From Eledone cirrhosa (taxonomy: Eukaryota): a stretch of DNA of 64,000 bases. The notes beneath the pieces were generated by a model. The model had not been told where the DNA came from. It did not search any database and saw nothing but the letters and a program-made list of their open reading frames with translations. This document shows positions 50,960 through 64,000 of the stretch, one piece after another. The DNA lies in assembly GCA_964016885.1 (NCBI GenBank), contig OZ024745.1, positions 99,200,001 to 99,264,000 on the forward strand, given 5' to 3'. How positions within the stretch are numbered: the first letter of the stretch is position 1; every line of letters begins with the position of its first letter. A program made the translations under genes and the position numbers.

Positions 50960-51155
50960 TCCATCCCCATCATCCCACCCCATCACCATCACCACCACCA
51001 ACAACAATACCCCCATCACCATCATCATCACCACCACTACCACCACCAACAACAAGACTATCAACATCAACATCAACACTGCCACCACCAACAACAACAC
51101 CAACAACACTGCCACCACCAACAACAACACCAACAACACTGCCGCCACCACCACC

Positions 51156-51187
<32 letters not shown>

Positions 51188-51233
51188 CAACAACACTGCT
51201 ACCACCACCACTACCACCACCACCACCACCACC

Positions 51234-51264
<31 letters not shown>

Positions 51265-52067
51265 CCTCTACCACCACCACCAACAACACCAAAAACACTA
51301 CCACCAACACTGCCACCACCAACACCACCACCACCACCAACAACAACAACACTGCCACCACCAACAACAACACCAACAACCACACCATCACCAACAACAA
51401 CACCACCAACATCAAAAACAACACCAACTCTCCCCTCCCCTGCTCTTTCCATGCCTCTACCAACACCAACCACCTCCCCATCAACACCACCACCATCAAC
51501 ACCACCACCATCAATACCACCACCACCAAAACCACCACCGCCACCACCACCACCACCACCAACAACATCACCAACTATCCCCTCCCCTGCTCTTTCTATG
51601 TCAACAACACCACCACCATAAACACCACCAACACCACCACCACCACCATCAACACCACCAACACCACCAACACCACCACCACCATCAACACCACCAACAC
51701 CATCAAAACCACCACCACCATCACCACTATCATCACAACCACCATCACCACCATCACCACAACCACCACCACCACCACCACCATCACCATCAACACCTCC
51801 ACCACCACCACCACCAACACCACCACTACCACCATCAACATCACCACCACCACCATCAACACCACCTACACCACCACCACCACGACCACCACCACCATCA
51901 ACACCTCCACCACCATCAACACCACCATCATCAACACCACCACCACCACCACCACCACCACCACCACCACCACCACCATCATCAACACCACCACCACCAC
52001 CACCACCACCACCACCACCACCACCACCACCATCAACACCTCCGCTACCACCACCACCAGCACCAGC

Positions 52068-52100
<33 letters not shown>

Positions 52101-52595
52101 AACACCACCATCATCAACACCACCACCACCACCACCACCACCATCAACACCACCTACACCACCACCACCATCAACACCTCCATCACCACCACCACCACCA
52201 TCACCATCAACACCACCACCACCACCCTCAACACCACCCACACCACCACCACCACCATCACCATCAACACCACCACCACCACCATCAACACCTCCATCAC
52301 CACCACCACCACCACCACCACCACCATCACCATCAACACCTCCATCACCACCACCACCACCACCACCACCATCACCATCAACACCACCACCATCAACACC
52401 ACCACCACCACCATCAACACCACCACCACCACCACCACCACCACCATCAACACCTCCATCACCACCACCACCACCACCACCACCACCATCACCATCAACA
52501 CCTTCATCACCACCACCACCACCACCATCAACACCACCACCACCACCACCACCACCACCACCAACTCTCCCTTCCACTGCTCTTTCCATGCCCCA
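50960..52595. repeat. (CAC/CAA/CAT)n microsatellite field with a recurring spacer motif
   Basis: Low complexity; CCAACTCTCCCCTCCCCTGCTCTTTCCATG-like motif at about 51424, 51571 and 52561. Confidence 0.95.
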
Positions 52596-52789
52596 TACAA
52601 AAAGCCTTCTGAGACAGAATGGTCGGTCTTCTTCCATTGCAGTATATGTCTGCATTACTGAGAGAAGCTTCTAGAAAGATTATCATCAATAAAGATCACT
52701 ATGAATTGGATGAATAGTAAATGAAGCTAACCAGAATGGGAAATTTGGAGAAGTGCCTTTTCTAAAAATATCAAATACTGTCCACCGCT

Positions 52790-53265
52790 TACATATAAAC
52801 ACATACACACACGTGAACACACACATGCACACACACATACACATACACATACACACACATACGTACGTACATTTATACATATGTACATACATACGTACAT
52901 GCTTGTATATATATATGTATATATATATACATGCATACATATATATACATGCATACATATATATATATATATATACATATATATACACATGCATATATTA
53001 CCTACATACAAATAAACATATTCATAAAATTAAAAATATACATACATAAATACACACACATGTACATATATATATATACATATATATACGCATGCATATA
53101 TTACCTACATACAAATAAACATATTCATAAAATTAAAAATATACATACATAAATACACACACATGTACATATATATATATACATATATATACGCATGCAT
53201 ATATTACCTACATACAAATAAACATATTCATAAAATTAAAAATATACATACATAAATACACACAC

Positions 53266-53296
<31 letters not shown>

Positions 53297-53345
53297 AACA
53301 TGTATATGTGTGTATGTATAATTATGTTTTGTATGTGTTTTTATA

Positions 53346-53392
<47 letters not shown>

Positions 53393-53400
53393 ATTTGTAT
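52790..53400. repeat. TA/CA-rich field including about three tandem ~103 bp units
   Basis: CATGCATATATTACCTACATACAAATAAACATATTCATAAAATT recurs at about 52988, 53091 and 53194. Confidence 0.85.
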
Positions 53401-53597
53401 ATCATCATCATCATCATCATCAGGTTTAGCGTCCGTGTTCCACGCTTGCATGGGTTTGGACGGGGGTTTTCCCACTTGAGGCAAGAGTTATATGTATATA
53501 TATATGTATATATGTGTGTATGTGTGTATGTATATTTTTATTTTTATTTTGCAAATAATCATATATAAATACATACATACACACATATATATCTATT

Positions 53598-55379
53598 CAT
53601 CATCATCATCATCATCATCATCAGGTTTAGCGTCCGTGTTCCACGCTTGCATGGGTTTGGACGGGGGTTTTCCCACTTGAGGCAAGAGTGGTTGTCTTGC
53701 TCGCATAGGACTGTCTGGCGGGTTTTCTACAGTTGGATGCCCTTCCTAACACCAACCACATTTACAGTGTGGGGCTGGGAGGTTTTTACCGTGTTGCCTA
53801 CACGGCCACATTACAGCGTGGACTGTCTGGCGGGTTTTCAACAGCTGGATGCCCTTCCTAACACCAACCACATTTACAGTGTGGGGCTGGGAGGTTTTTA
53901 CCGTGTTGCCTACACGGCCACATTTACAGCGTGGACTGTGTGTTTTTTGTCGTGACACCTACACGATCTCATTTGTTTCGGCCTGGATGTTGTGGGACCA
54001 ACATAACTTTACATTGAAAGGGCCGGTGTGGGTGGGGTGGAGGTGGTGGGACGGGGGTGTGTTTTGATAGAGATGCCTACTGACTGTAGTAGGTTTTTAC
54101 TTTGTATTTAGGTAAGGCAGGTCTTCTCTATTACTGAGTACCGCCAAAGGTCTCGGTCCAGTGACATTGTCTTGGAGAGGTGTAAGCGTGTGAGGTCGGA
54201 ATTTATCAGCTCGTCCCATGTTTTTCTGAGTCTGCCTACTCCGTGGCTACCGTCTATCTTTATTGCCCTGCACTTTGTTATACAGCTGTCGTCTTTCATG
54301 CGCATCACGTGACCATACCAACGTAGCCTTCTCTCGAGTAAACAACATCTGATCCCTCTTATTTCTAATTTTTTCCTTAGTTCGTTTATGCTTTGCCGTT
54401 CACGTATATTACTATTGCACATCCAGCGGAGCATGCAAGCTTCGTTCCTCTCTAGTCTGCGTATATCCTCTGCACACAATGCCCAGGTCTCACTGCCATG
54501 CAGCATTGCTGTTCGTATGCAGGCATCGTATAACCTGCCTTTCATTTTTAGGGAGAACCCTCTAGCGGCTAATAGTGGTATAAGCTCTCTGAACTTTTTC
54601 CATCCAGTTCTGACTCTAGCTACTGTACTTTCAGAGCACCCTCCCCCACTGCTGATTTTGTCACCCAGATAACGGAAGCTGTCCACTATTTCTATAGAAC
54701 CCTCTGCGCATTTGAAGGAGCTAGTATTTTGTGGGCACTTGCTGCTACTTATTGCACCAGAGCACCGGCCACATGTAAAATCTATGTTCTTAGTTAGCTT
54801 ACCTGTGATCCCACTACATCTTTTATGCACCCATACTTTGCATTTGGGACATAAAATGGAGTTTCTACCTACGCCTTTCCTACACACTGAGCATGGCCAT
54901 TTCCCCGATGGGACCGCCGCCTTATTTTCTTTCCTACAAACTAGAACTTTAGTCTTAGCCAGGTTAATTTTAAGGCCTTTTGATTCTAGGCCGTGCTTCC
55001 ACGTTTGGAATTTCTTCTCTAGTTCGGTCATTGATTCAGCTATGAGCGTTAGATCATCTGCGTATAGGAGTTCCCATGGGCAGCCGGTCTTGAACTCCTC
55101 TGTTATAGCCTGAAGGGCAATAATAAATAGTAGGGGGCTAAGAACAGAGCCCTGATGGACACCAACTTTTACGCTAAACTCTTCACTATATTCGTTGTTA
55201 ATTCTAACCTTACTGACTGTTTCTTTATACATGGCTTGTATAGCTCTCACAAGCCATTCGTCAACACCTAGTTTTCTAAGAGACCACCAGATAATGGAAC
55301 GGGGGACTCTGTCGAAGGCTTTCTCCAAGTCGACGAAAGCTAAGTATAGGGGTTTACTTTTAGCTAGGTACTTCTCCTG
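53598..55379 (-). mobile_element. RTE family A LINE, 5'-truncated, near-identical to 25474-27255
   Basis: Open frame 54108-55379 differs from copy 1 at only a few residues; same duplicated UTR segment; an extra ~90 bp 3' end sits at 53400-53488. Confidence 0.95.
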
Positions 55380-55474
55380 CATGCATATATACATATATAC
55401 ATATATACATACATACATAAATAAATGCATACATGCATACATTTATACATACATGCATACATATATGTACATAT

Positions 55475-55528
<54 letters not shown>

Positions 55529-56070
55529 ATACATGTATATGTATACATATATGTGCATACACACATATATATATAGACATATACATACATAGATTACACA
55601 CACATATATATATATATAGGTATATAAACTTACATTTTCAAATCCACCTACAAACATATAATCAAACTGAAATGCGCGCACGCGCACACACACACACACA
55701 TACAAACGTACATTTAACAAGCACATATGCACACACACACAAACATACATTCAAACACACACACATACACACAAACATACATTCAAACACACAAACACAC
55801 ACACAAACATACATTCAAACACACCCAAGCACACACCCAAATACACACACACATACATTCAAACACACACACACACATATACATTCAAACACACACACAC
55901 ACACACAAACATACATTCAAACACACACAAACACACACACACACAAATACACACACACACAAGCAGAATCATGTATAAATACAAATATAGAAATACACAT
56001 ACATATAAGCAGGCATATGTATAAACAAACACATACACACACTCACAGATATATAAACAAACCCACATGA
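55380..56070. repeat. (TA)n/(CA)n microsatellite field
   Basis: Low complexity. Confidence 0.95.
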
Positions 56071-56147
56071 ATATCAAGTTATATAGAAACCATATTATAT
56101 GACAACTGCAGTCTTGTGATGTATATCACCTCAGTACCAGTAATTTG

Positions 56148-57133
56148 AAATATGCAGATGACATCAAGCTGTACCTTGAAATCAAAAGGACTGATCCTGA
56201 AATTTACAACTCTTTCCTACAATCAGACCTGGACACAATGCAGCAATGGATCACAGACTGGCAACTGAAGCTGGCTGTGGACAAGTGTACCACCATGCAT
56301 TTTGGAAGGAAAAATCCGGCATCCACATACTCCCTCAACAACACTGATATCAAGAAGTCCTCTTGTGAACGTGACCTGGGCATTACTGTCAGCAGCGATT
56401 TGCGTTGGACAAAGCATGTCTCTAAGATTGTCAAGAAGGCCAAGGGTGTCTTGGCATCACTCAGCAAGTCCTTTGTTAGCCACTCTCCAGCCATCTATTT
56501 AAAACTGTATACAGCTATGGTATGACCACACTTGGAATTCGCATCATCAGTCTGGAACCCCTATCTTGCTCAGAACATTGACCTCCTGGAAACTGTTCAG
56601 AGACGTGCAACCAAGCGCATACCCTCCATCAGACACCTACCACACTCTGAACGCCTTGCTTCCCTGGGCATGGATTCCTTGAAGCTCCGACGTTTGGCAA
56701 TGGACTTGGTGAATACCCACAAAGTTATTAACCATCTCACCAATTGCAACCCTGAGCACCTTTTTGATCTCCATGTGTCTAACACACGTGGACATGCCTA
56801 CAAAATCAGAAAACAGCACAGCTCCCATTACTTTCGTAGACATTTTTTCACGCTCAGAGTTGCTGAAGCATGGAACAAACTGCCTGCGTCAGTTGTTAGC
56901 TGCCGAGACACTGCATCCTTTAAGACACTTATGCTTCCCGAAATACGCCAAAACTACACCTGATGTACCCCTTCCATACACATGCACACATGTGTGTATC
57001 ATGACTCGTGCACTGTTCATTTTACTGATGTTTGTGCATTGCCCTATGTACTGTACATGCACTTTTTGATGAGTTGTGGTGCATCTGGGCACTGTACACA
57101 GTATTTCATTACTATTATTATTATTATTATTAT
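56148..57133 (+). mobile_element. CR1-clade LINE 3' fragment
   Basis: KYADDIKLY, LQSDLD, ERDLGI, (R>stop)PHLEFASSVWNP, LETVQRRATK, TRGHAYK, WNKLP; (ATT)n tail. Confidence 0.9.
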
Positions 57134-57345
57134 ATCATGACTCATGCACTGTTCATTTTCCTGACATTTGTACATTATTCTATGTACTATACATGCACCT
57201 TTGATGAGTTGTAGTACACCTGAGCACTGTACACAATAATTTCATTATTATTATTATTATATACTGGGAATATTTGGGATATAGTTCTGTCTATCACCTC
57301 AGTACCAGTAATTTGTGTAGGTTTTGTTGGTGATATGGTAATAAT

Positions 57346-57480
57346 TGTTTCTACTTTTGGCACAAGGCTAGCAATTAACCAGTACATTACTGGTACTTTA
57401 TTTTATCGACCCCGTAAGGATGAAAGGCAAAGTTAACCTGGTGGGATTTGAACTCAGACCGTAAAGAGACGTATCTATGC
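57346..57480 (-). mobile_element. SINE family 1, 5'-truncated
   Basis: Reverse-complement match to the 3' two-thirds. Confidence 0.85.
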
Positions 57481-57593
57481 GTATCTATGATATGATAATA
57501 ATAATGAAATTATTGTGTACAGAGCTCAGGTGCACCACAACTCGTCAAAGGTGCATGTATAGTACATAGAATAATGTACAAATGTCATGAAAA

Positions 57594-58358
57594 ATATACT
57601 GGGAATATTTGGGATATAGGTCTGTCTATCACCTCAGTACCAGTAATTTGTGTAGGTTTAGTTGTTCATATACTGGGAATATTTGGGATATAGGTCTGTC
57701 TATCACCTCAGTACCAGTGATTTGTGTAGGTTTAGTTGTTCATATACTGGGAATATTTGGGATATAGGTCTGTCTATCACCTCAGTACCAGTAATTTGTG
57801 TAGGTTTAGTTGTTCATATACTGGGAATATTTGGGATATAGGTCTGTCTATCACCTCAGTACCAGTAATTTGTGTAGGTTTAGTTGTTCATATACTGGGA
57901 ATATTTGGGATATAGGTCTGTCTATCACCTCAGTACCAGTGATTTGTGTAGGTTTAGTTGTTCATATACTGGGAATATTTGGGATATAGGTCTGTCTATC
58001 ACCTCAGTACCAGTAATTTGTGTAGGTTTAGTTGTTCATATACTGGGAATATTTGGGATATAGGTCTGTCTATCACCTCAGTACCAGTAATTTGTGTAGG
58101 TTTAGTTGTTCATATACTGGGAATATTTGGGATATAGGTCTGTCTATCACCTCAGTACCAGTAATTTGTGTAGGTTTAGTTATTGATATACTGGGAGTAT
58201 TTGGGATATAGGTCTGTCTATCACCTCAGTACCAGTAATTTGTGTAGGTTTAGTTGTTCATATACTGGGAGTATTTGGGGTATAGGTCTGTCTATCACCT
58301 CAGTACCAGTAATTTGTGTAGGTTTAGTTGTTCATATACTGGGAGTATTTGGGGTATA
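57594..58358. repeat. Minisatellite, 74 bp unit, about 10 copies (one more at 57259-57330)
   Basis: ATATACTGGGAATATTTGGGATATAGGTCTGTCTATCACCTCAGTACCAGTAATTTGTGTAGGTTTAGTTGTTC. Confidence 0.97.
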
Positions 58359-59038
58359 GTTCTGATGGGTGGGATTAGTTTTACTTTATGTCTATTCTGG
58401 TATGTATCTGGCAGGTCTGGTCTGGGTCTCCAAGAGAAATTTTGCATGGCAGTACAAGACCTCTTTGGGGCCCGAAGCAGGCAAAGATTTTTCTCAAAAT
58501 GGATGTTGCAGGGTTGCTGTGGCGCCTTCTTAGCTCTTGGGCTCTGGAACAAAGTACCGGCTGGACCCGGCTCTCATAGGCCCTGGGTCTGGTATTTGGA
58601 TAAAATTTGCTTGAAAATAACTAAGCCTGCATTTTCCACTACACAATCCACACTAACTCACACCATATCATGTGATGAGTAATAACATTATATGATCCTT
58701 TTCATTGCTTTTGATATTTCCACAATGCTGCTACTCAACAAAGATATATTTATGGATTGAAAAACATTTTTATATAATTAATTTAATAATACAAATTTGT
58801 ATAAACTGTAAAACGTCTCTCTGAGGTCTACGCCACAGGTCACTGTCTAGTTAATCTTAATGGTAGTGCCAACCCTGATGATACCAATTTACAGCTTGGT
58901 AGACTGGGCCATTATAAGTTAACTCTTTCATTATGATTTTATAATATCAGACACTGCCTATGATTTTCAAATAATTTCGAAAATATTCAAGAAATTGGAG
59001 GGATTTTGTAATATGACTAACTTTCTCATTATTTAGAT

Positions 59039-59327
59039 CAGGCACGGGCAACCTTTTTCAAGAAGTGGGCCGCAGGAGATATGGCTCATCATCAGATGGG
59101 CCGCAAGTGCTAATTTTATATTCGTGCCCACATTAAAAAGAAGGGCGGTAACTCAGGTTGTTTTGATTTGTTTCTTCAGAATTTATACATGTTTTCCTCA
59201 ATCGTAAAAATGATAGAAAGATAAATTACGACTGAAAAGTTGGGGTAAAAAAATCAGAAAGATTTCACTTAGGGAACTTAGGCGATCCATTCAGAAAGCT
59301 TCGTAGGCTGCAGGTTGCCCATGACTG
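59039..59327. mobile_element. hAT (Charlie-like) MITE
   Basis: 8 bp TSD ATTTAGAT; TIRs CAGGCACGGGCAACCT / AGGTTGCCCATGACTG. Confidence 0.88.
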
Positions 59328-59579
59328 ATTTAGATGGTGTTTGGAGCTTAACAAAATGTTCTTCTATATATAAATGTCTGTGATTCTGTCACAACACATA
59401 AAGAAAGAGTAGTTTGATTATCTCATACTACTCCTCTCTATTTATGTTTGCTGTCTGCGTGAATGTATGTGTGTGTAAAGGAAGGAAGGAAGGGGATTGG
59501 GAAAAAACTACCCTGTGTGTGAGTGTATGTGTATATTTGTGTGAATGCATGTCTGTGAGTGTGTATTTTTGTAAGTGTG

Positions 59580-59700
59580 CCAGACAGTCCTATACGAGCA
59601 GGACAACCAATCTTGCCTCAAGTGGGAAAACTCCTGTCCAAACCCATGCAAGCGTGGAAGATGGACGTTAAACGATGATGATGATGATGATGATGATGAT
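59580..59700 (+). mobile_element. RTE family A extreme 3' end
   Basis: Matches the 32444-32560 reverse complement; (GAT)n tail. Confidence 0.8.
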
Positions 59701-59969
59701 GTCTGTGTTTGGGCATTTATATTTATATACTCATACATATAAATGTATGTATATGTACATACAGACACGCACACATATAAACATACACCTCAGTGTGGGG
59801 AAAAAAATTCTAGTATATAAAATTATCATAGAAAAGTTTTAGATAAATATAAACATTTAAAAGAAACAGTTTGGAATTGTAAAACTAGGGGCAGTTTCAG
59901 TTGGTTTGGTTTCAAAATGGTTAAGTTTGTTTGTAAGAATCACAGTGTAATGTCAAAGATAGGACAAAA

Positions 59970-61165
59970 TCAGTTGACCATTTAACAGACAAGCCCAGAT
60001 CTTAATAAGTTGACCAGCTGCAAATCTTTCTTTTAACAGATAGGCTCAAATTTTAATAACTTGACCAGCTGCAAATTTTACTTTTAACAGACAAACCCAG
60101 ATCTTAATAATTAGACCAGGTACAAATCTCCCTTTTAACAGACAAGCCCAGATCTTAATAATTTCATTAGATACAAATCTCCCTTTTAACAGACAAGCCG
60201 AGGTCTTAATAATTTAACCAGATACAAATCTCCCTTTTAACAGACAAGCCGAGATCTTAATAATTTCACCAGATACAAATCTCCCTTTTAACAGACAAGC
60301 CGAGATCTTAATAATGTCATCAGATACAAATCTCCCTTTTAACAGACAAGCCGAGATCTTAATAATTTAACCAGATACAAATCTCCCTTTTAACAGACAA
60401 GCCGAGATCTTAATAATTTCACCAGATACAAATCTCCCTTTTAACAGACAAGCCGAGATCTTAATAATGTCATCAGATACAAATCTCCCTTTTAACAGAC
60501 AAGCCGAGGTCTTAATAATTTAACCAGATACAAATCTCCCTTTTAACAGACAAGCCGAGATCTTAATAATTTAACCAGATACAAATCTCCCTTTTAACAG
60601 ACAAGCCGAGGTCTTAATAATTTAACCAGATACAAATCTCCCTTTTAACAGACAAGCCGAGATCTTAATAATTTAACCAGATACAAATCTCCCTTTTAAC
60701 AGACAAGCCGAGGTCTTAATAATTTAACCAGATACAAATCTCCCTTTTAACAGACAAGCCGAGGTCTTAATAATTTCACCAGATACAAATCTCCCTTTTA
60801 ACAGACAAACCGAGGTCTTAATAATTTAACCAGATACAAATCTCCCTTTTAACAGACAAGCCGAGGTCTTAATAATTTCACCAGATACAAATCTCCCTTT
60901 TAACAGACAAACCGAGGTCTTAATAATTTAACCAGATACAAATCTCCCTTTTAACAGACAAGCCGAGGTCTTAATAATTTAACCAGATACAAATCTCCCT
61001 TTTAACAGAATGTCATCAGATACAAATCTCCCTTTTAACAGACAAGCCGAGGTCTTAATAATTTAACCAGATACAAATCTCCCTTTTAACAGACAAGCCG
61101 AGATCTTAATAATTTCACCAGATACAAATCTCCCTTTTAACAGACAAGCCCAGATCTTAATTTGT
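59970..61165. repeat. Minisatellite, 51 bp unit ACAGACAAGCCGAGATCTTAATAATTTAACCAGATACAAATCTCCCTTTTA, about 23 copies
   Basis: Directly visible; diverged edge units. Confidence 0.97.
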
Positions 61166-61282
61166 CCAGCTGGAAATCTTCCATCTCCTCTGAAAAATAA
61201 ATATTCTAACTTGATATTAGAGTAGTTTTCTTTTATATATTTGTTGTTACAATGTGTAGTTAAGACAGTTAATTTGGCAGAG

Positions 61283-62454
61283 CTTTGGATATTTGTTCAT
61301 GATCTCTCCACTTTGAATTCAAATCCTGCAGATATCTGCTTTGCCTTTCATTCTTTTGGAGTTAATATAAAATGTGCTAGCCCAGTGCTGGTGCAGCCCT
61401 CATTTCTTCCCACTGTTACATCAGGGATGTTCTGCTGGATCAAGGGTAAAGAATGTATGGTAACCAAAACCCTTTGGATATTTGTTCATGATCTCTCCAC
61501 TTTGAATTCAAATCCTGCAGATATCTGCTTTGCCTTTCATTCTTTTGGAGTTAATATAAAATGTGCTAGCCCAATGCTGGTGCAGCCCTCATTTCTTCCC
61601 ACTGTTACATCAGGGATGTTCTGCTGGATCAAGGGTAAAGAATGTATGGTAACCAAAACCCTTTGGATATTTGTTCATGATCTCTCCACTTTGAATTCAA
61701 ATCCTGCAGATATCTGCTTTGCCTTTCATTCTTTTGGAGTTAATATAAAATGTGCTAGCCCAATGCTGGTGCAGCCCTCATTTCTTCCCACTGTTACATC
61801 AGGGATGTTCTGCTGGATCAAGGGTAAAGAATGTATGGTAACCAAAACCCTTTGGATATTTGTTCATGATCTCTCCACTTTGAATTCAAATCCTGCAGAT
61901 ATCTGCTTTGCCTTTCATTCTTTTGGAGTTAATATAAAATGTGCTAGCCCAATGCTGGTGCAGCCCTCATTTCTTCCCACTGTTACATCAGGGATGTTCT
62001 GCTGGATCAAGGGTAAAGAATGTATGGTAACCAAAACCCTTTGGATATTTGTTCATGATCTCTCCACTTTGAATTCAAATCCTGCAGATATCTGCTTTGC
62101 CTTTCATTCTTTTGGAGTTAATATAAAATGTGCTAGCCCAATGCTGGTGCAGCCCTCATTTCTTCCCACTGTTACATCAGGGATGTTCTGCTGGATCAAG
62201 GGTAAAGAATGTATGGTAACCAAAACCCTTTGGATATTTGTTCATGATCTCTCCACTTTGAATTCAAATCCTGCAGATATCTGCTTTGCCTTTCATTCTT
62301 TTGGAGTTAATATAAAATGTGCTAGCCCAGTGCTGGTGCAGCCCTCATTTCTTCCCACTGTTACATCAGGGATGTTCTGCTGGATCAAGGGTAAAGAATG
62401 TAAGAGAGGGTACTTGTACCTGCTCACCACTATATGGTAACCAAAACCCTTTGG
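61283..62454. repeat. Tandem repeat, 189 bp unit x6, containing SINE-derived sequence
   Basis: Units start at 61283, 61472, 61661, 61850, 62039 and 62228; include GAATTCAAATCC and CTTTGCCTTTCATTC. Confidence 0.95.
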
Positions 62455-62459
62455 TGAAA

Positions 62460-63295
<836 letters not shown>

Positions 63296-63567
63296 AGAAC
63301 ATCAAGAACATCAACAACTATAGTATATAGTATATGTAGTAGTATAATAAGAGCTATTCTATAACATTAGCTGCTGTCCTCAGTGTCAATATGGCTGACC
63401 TTACCAAACCATTGCTATATTTACTAAATTAACCAAATAGTAGTAGACATATTTATCCATGAATGTAAGTGATGAATGGACAGAGTTGTTATTAAAGTGT
63501 CAGACAAATGTGTCTAGTGCTATACCGATACTGCCATTCCAATACCATAGTTACCTAACTAATAATA

Positions 63568-64000
63568 ATTGTTTCTACTTTTGACACAAGGCCAGCAATT
63601 AACCAGTTTATTACTGGTACTTTATTTCATCGACCTGGTAAGGATGAAAGGCAAAGTCAACTGTAAAATTCTTGAGATCCATGGACGAGTTCTCTCCAGC
63701 AGTCTCTGTCCTTCATCATCACCGCCATGTCCAGCATCTCTCAGAGACCAGTGTCTGTCCTTAGGGCATCAATATATGTCATCTTTGGTCTCCCTCTTCT
63801 AGTGTATCTGTGTAGGGGCTCAAATGTGTCTAGTGCTATACCGATACTGCCATTCCAATACCATAGTTACCTAACTAATAATAATTGTTTCTACTTTAGG
63901 CACAAGGCCAGCAATTAACCAGTTTATTACTGGTACTTTATTTTATCGACCTGGTAAGGATGAAAGGCAAAGTCAACCTCGGCGGGATTTGAACTCAGAT
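63568..64000 (-). mobile_element. Two SINE family 1 3' ends (63568-63662 and 63885-64000) within a local duplication
   Basis: Reverse-complement SINE matches; identical ~60 bp upstream flanks. Confidence 0.8.

Noticed and set aside
45850-52661. Mucin-like Thr-rich and Gly/Asp-rich ORFs (45850-46760, 50894-52661)
   Set aside because: Pure (CAC/CAT/CAA)n with no codon variety, signal peptide or unique domain
58400-58590. GC-richer island as a possible exon
   Set aside because: Ends in CCGGCTCTCATAGGCCCTG, more like a hAT-type MITE terminus; the peptide is unrecognisable and the other terminus is unclear
58870-58915. CTGATGA as another hammerhead core
   Set aside because: No downstream GAAA or stem I/III pairing found
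59970-61165. Common origin of the two 51 bp satellites
   Set aside because: Only short matches (GGGAGATTT, AGATC) in reverse complement; equal length may be chance

Overview
Eukaryotic, AT-rich, almost entirely repetitive DNA (intronic or intergenic). The SINE and RTE families suggest an octopod cephalopod; this is an inference. No host gene can be called with confidence, and most long ORFs in the track are artefacts of satellites and microsatellites. Contents: five tandem satellites (45, 51, 74, 51 and 189 bp units); many RTE LINE copies (two young and near-identical, with a PHD finger inside the RT region); Tx1/L1, CR1, CRE-like and R4-like LINE fragments; two tRNA-derived SINE families; three Helitron derivatives; piggyBac, hAT and Tc1/mariner MITEs; and a tRNA-like gene with a GAC anticodon. 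The most notable signal is a set of type I hammerhead ribozyme motifs of three architectures, all with a palindromic stem III. They sit in short non-coding elements that land in (TA)n tracts, some beside long hairpins (Penelope pLTR/retrozyme-like). At least two satellites appear to derive from SINE sequence. Coordinates were counted by eye, and ends of degenerate elements are approximate.
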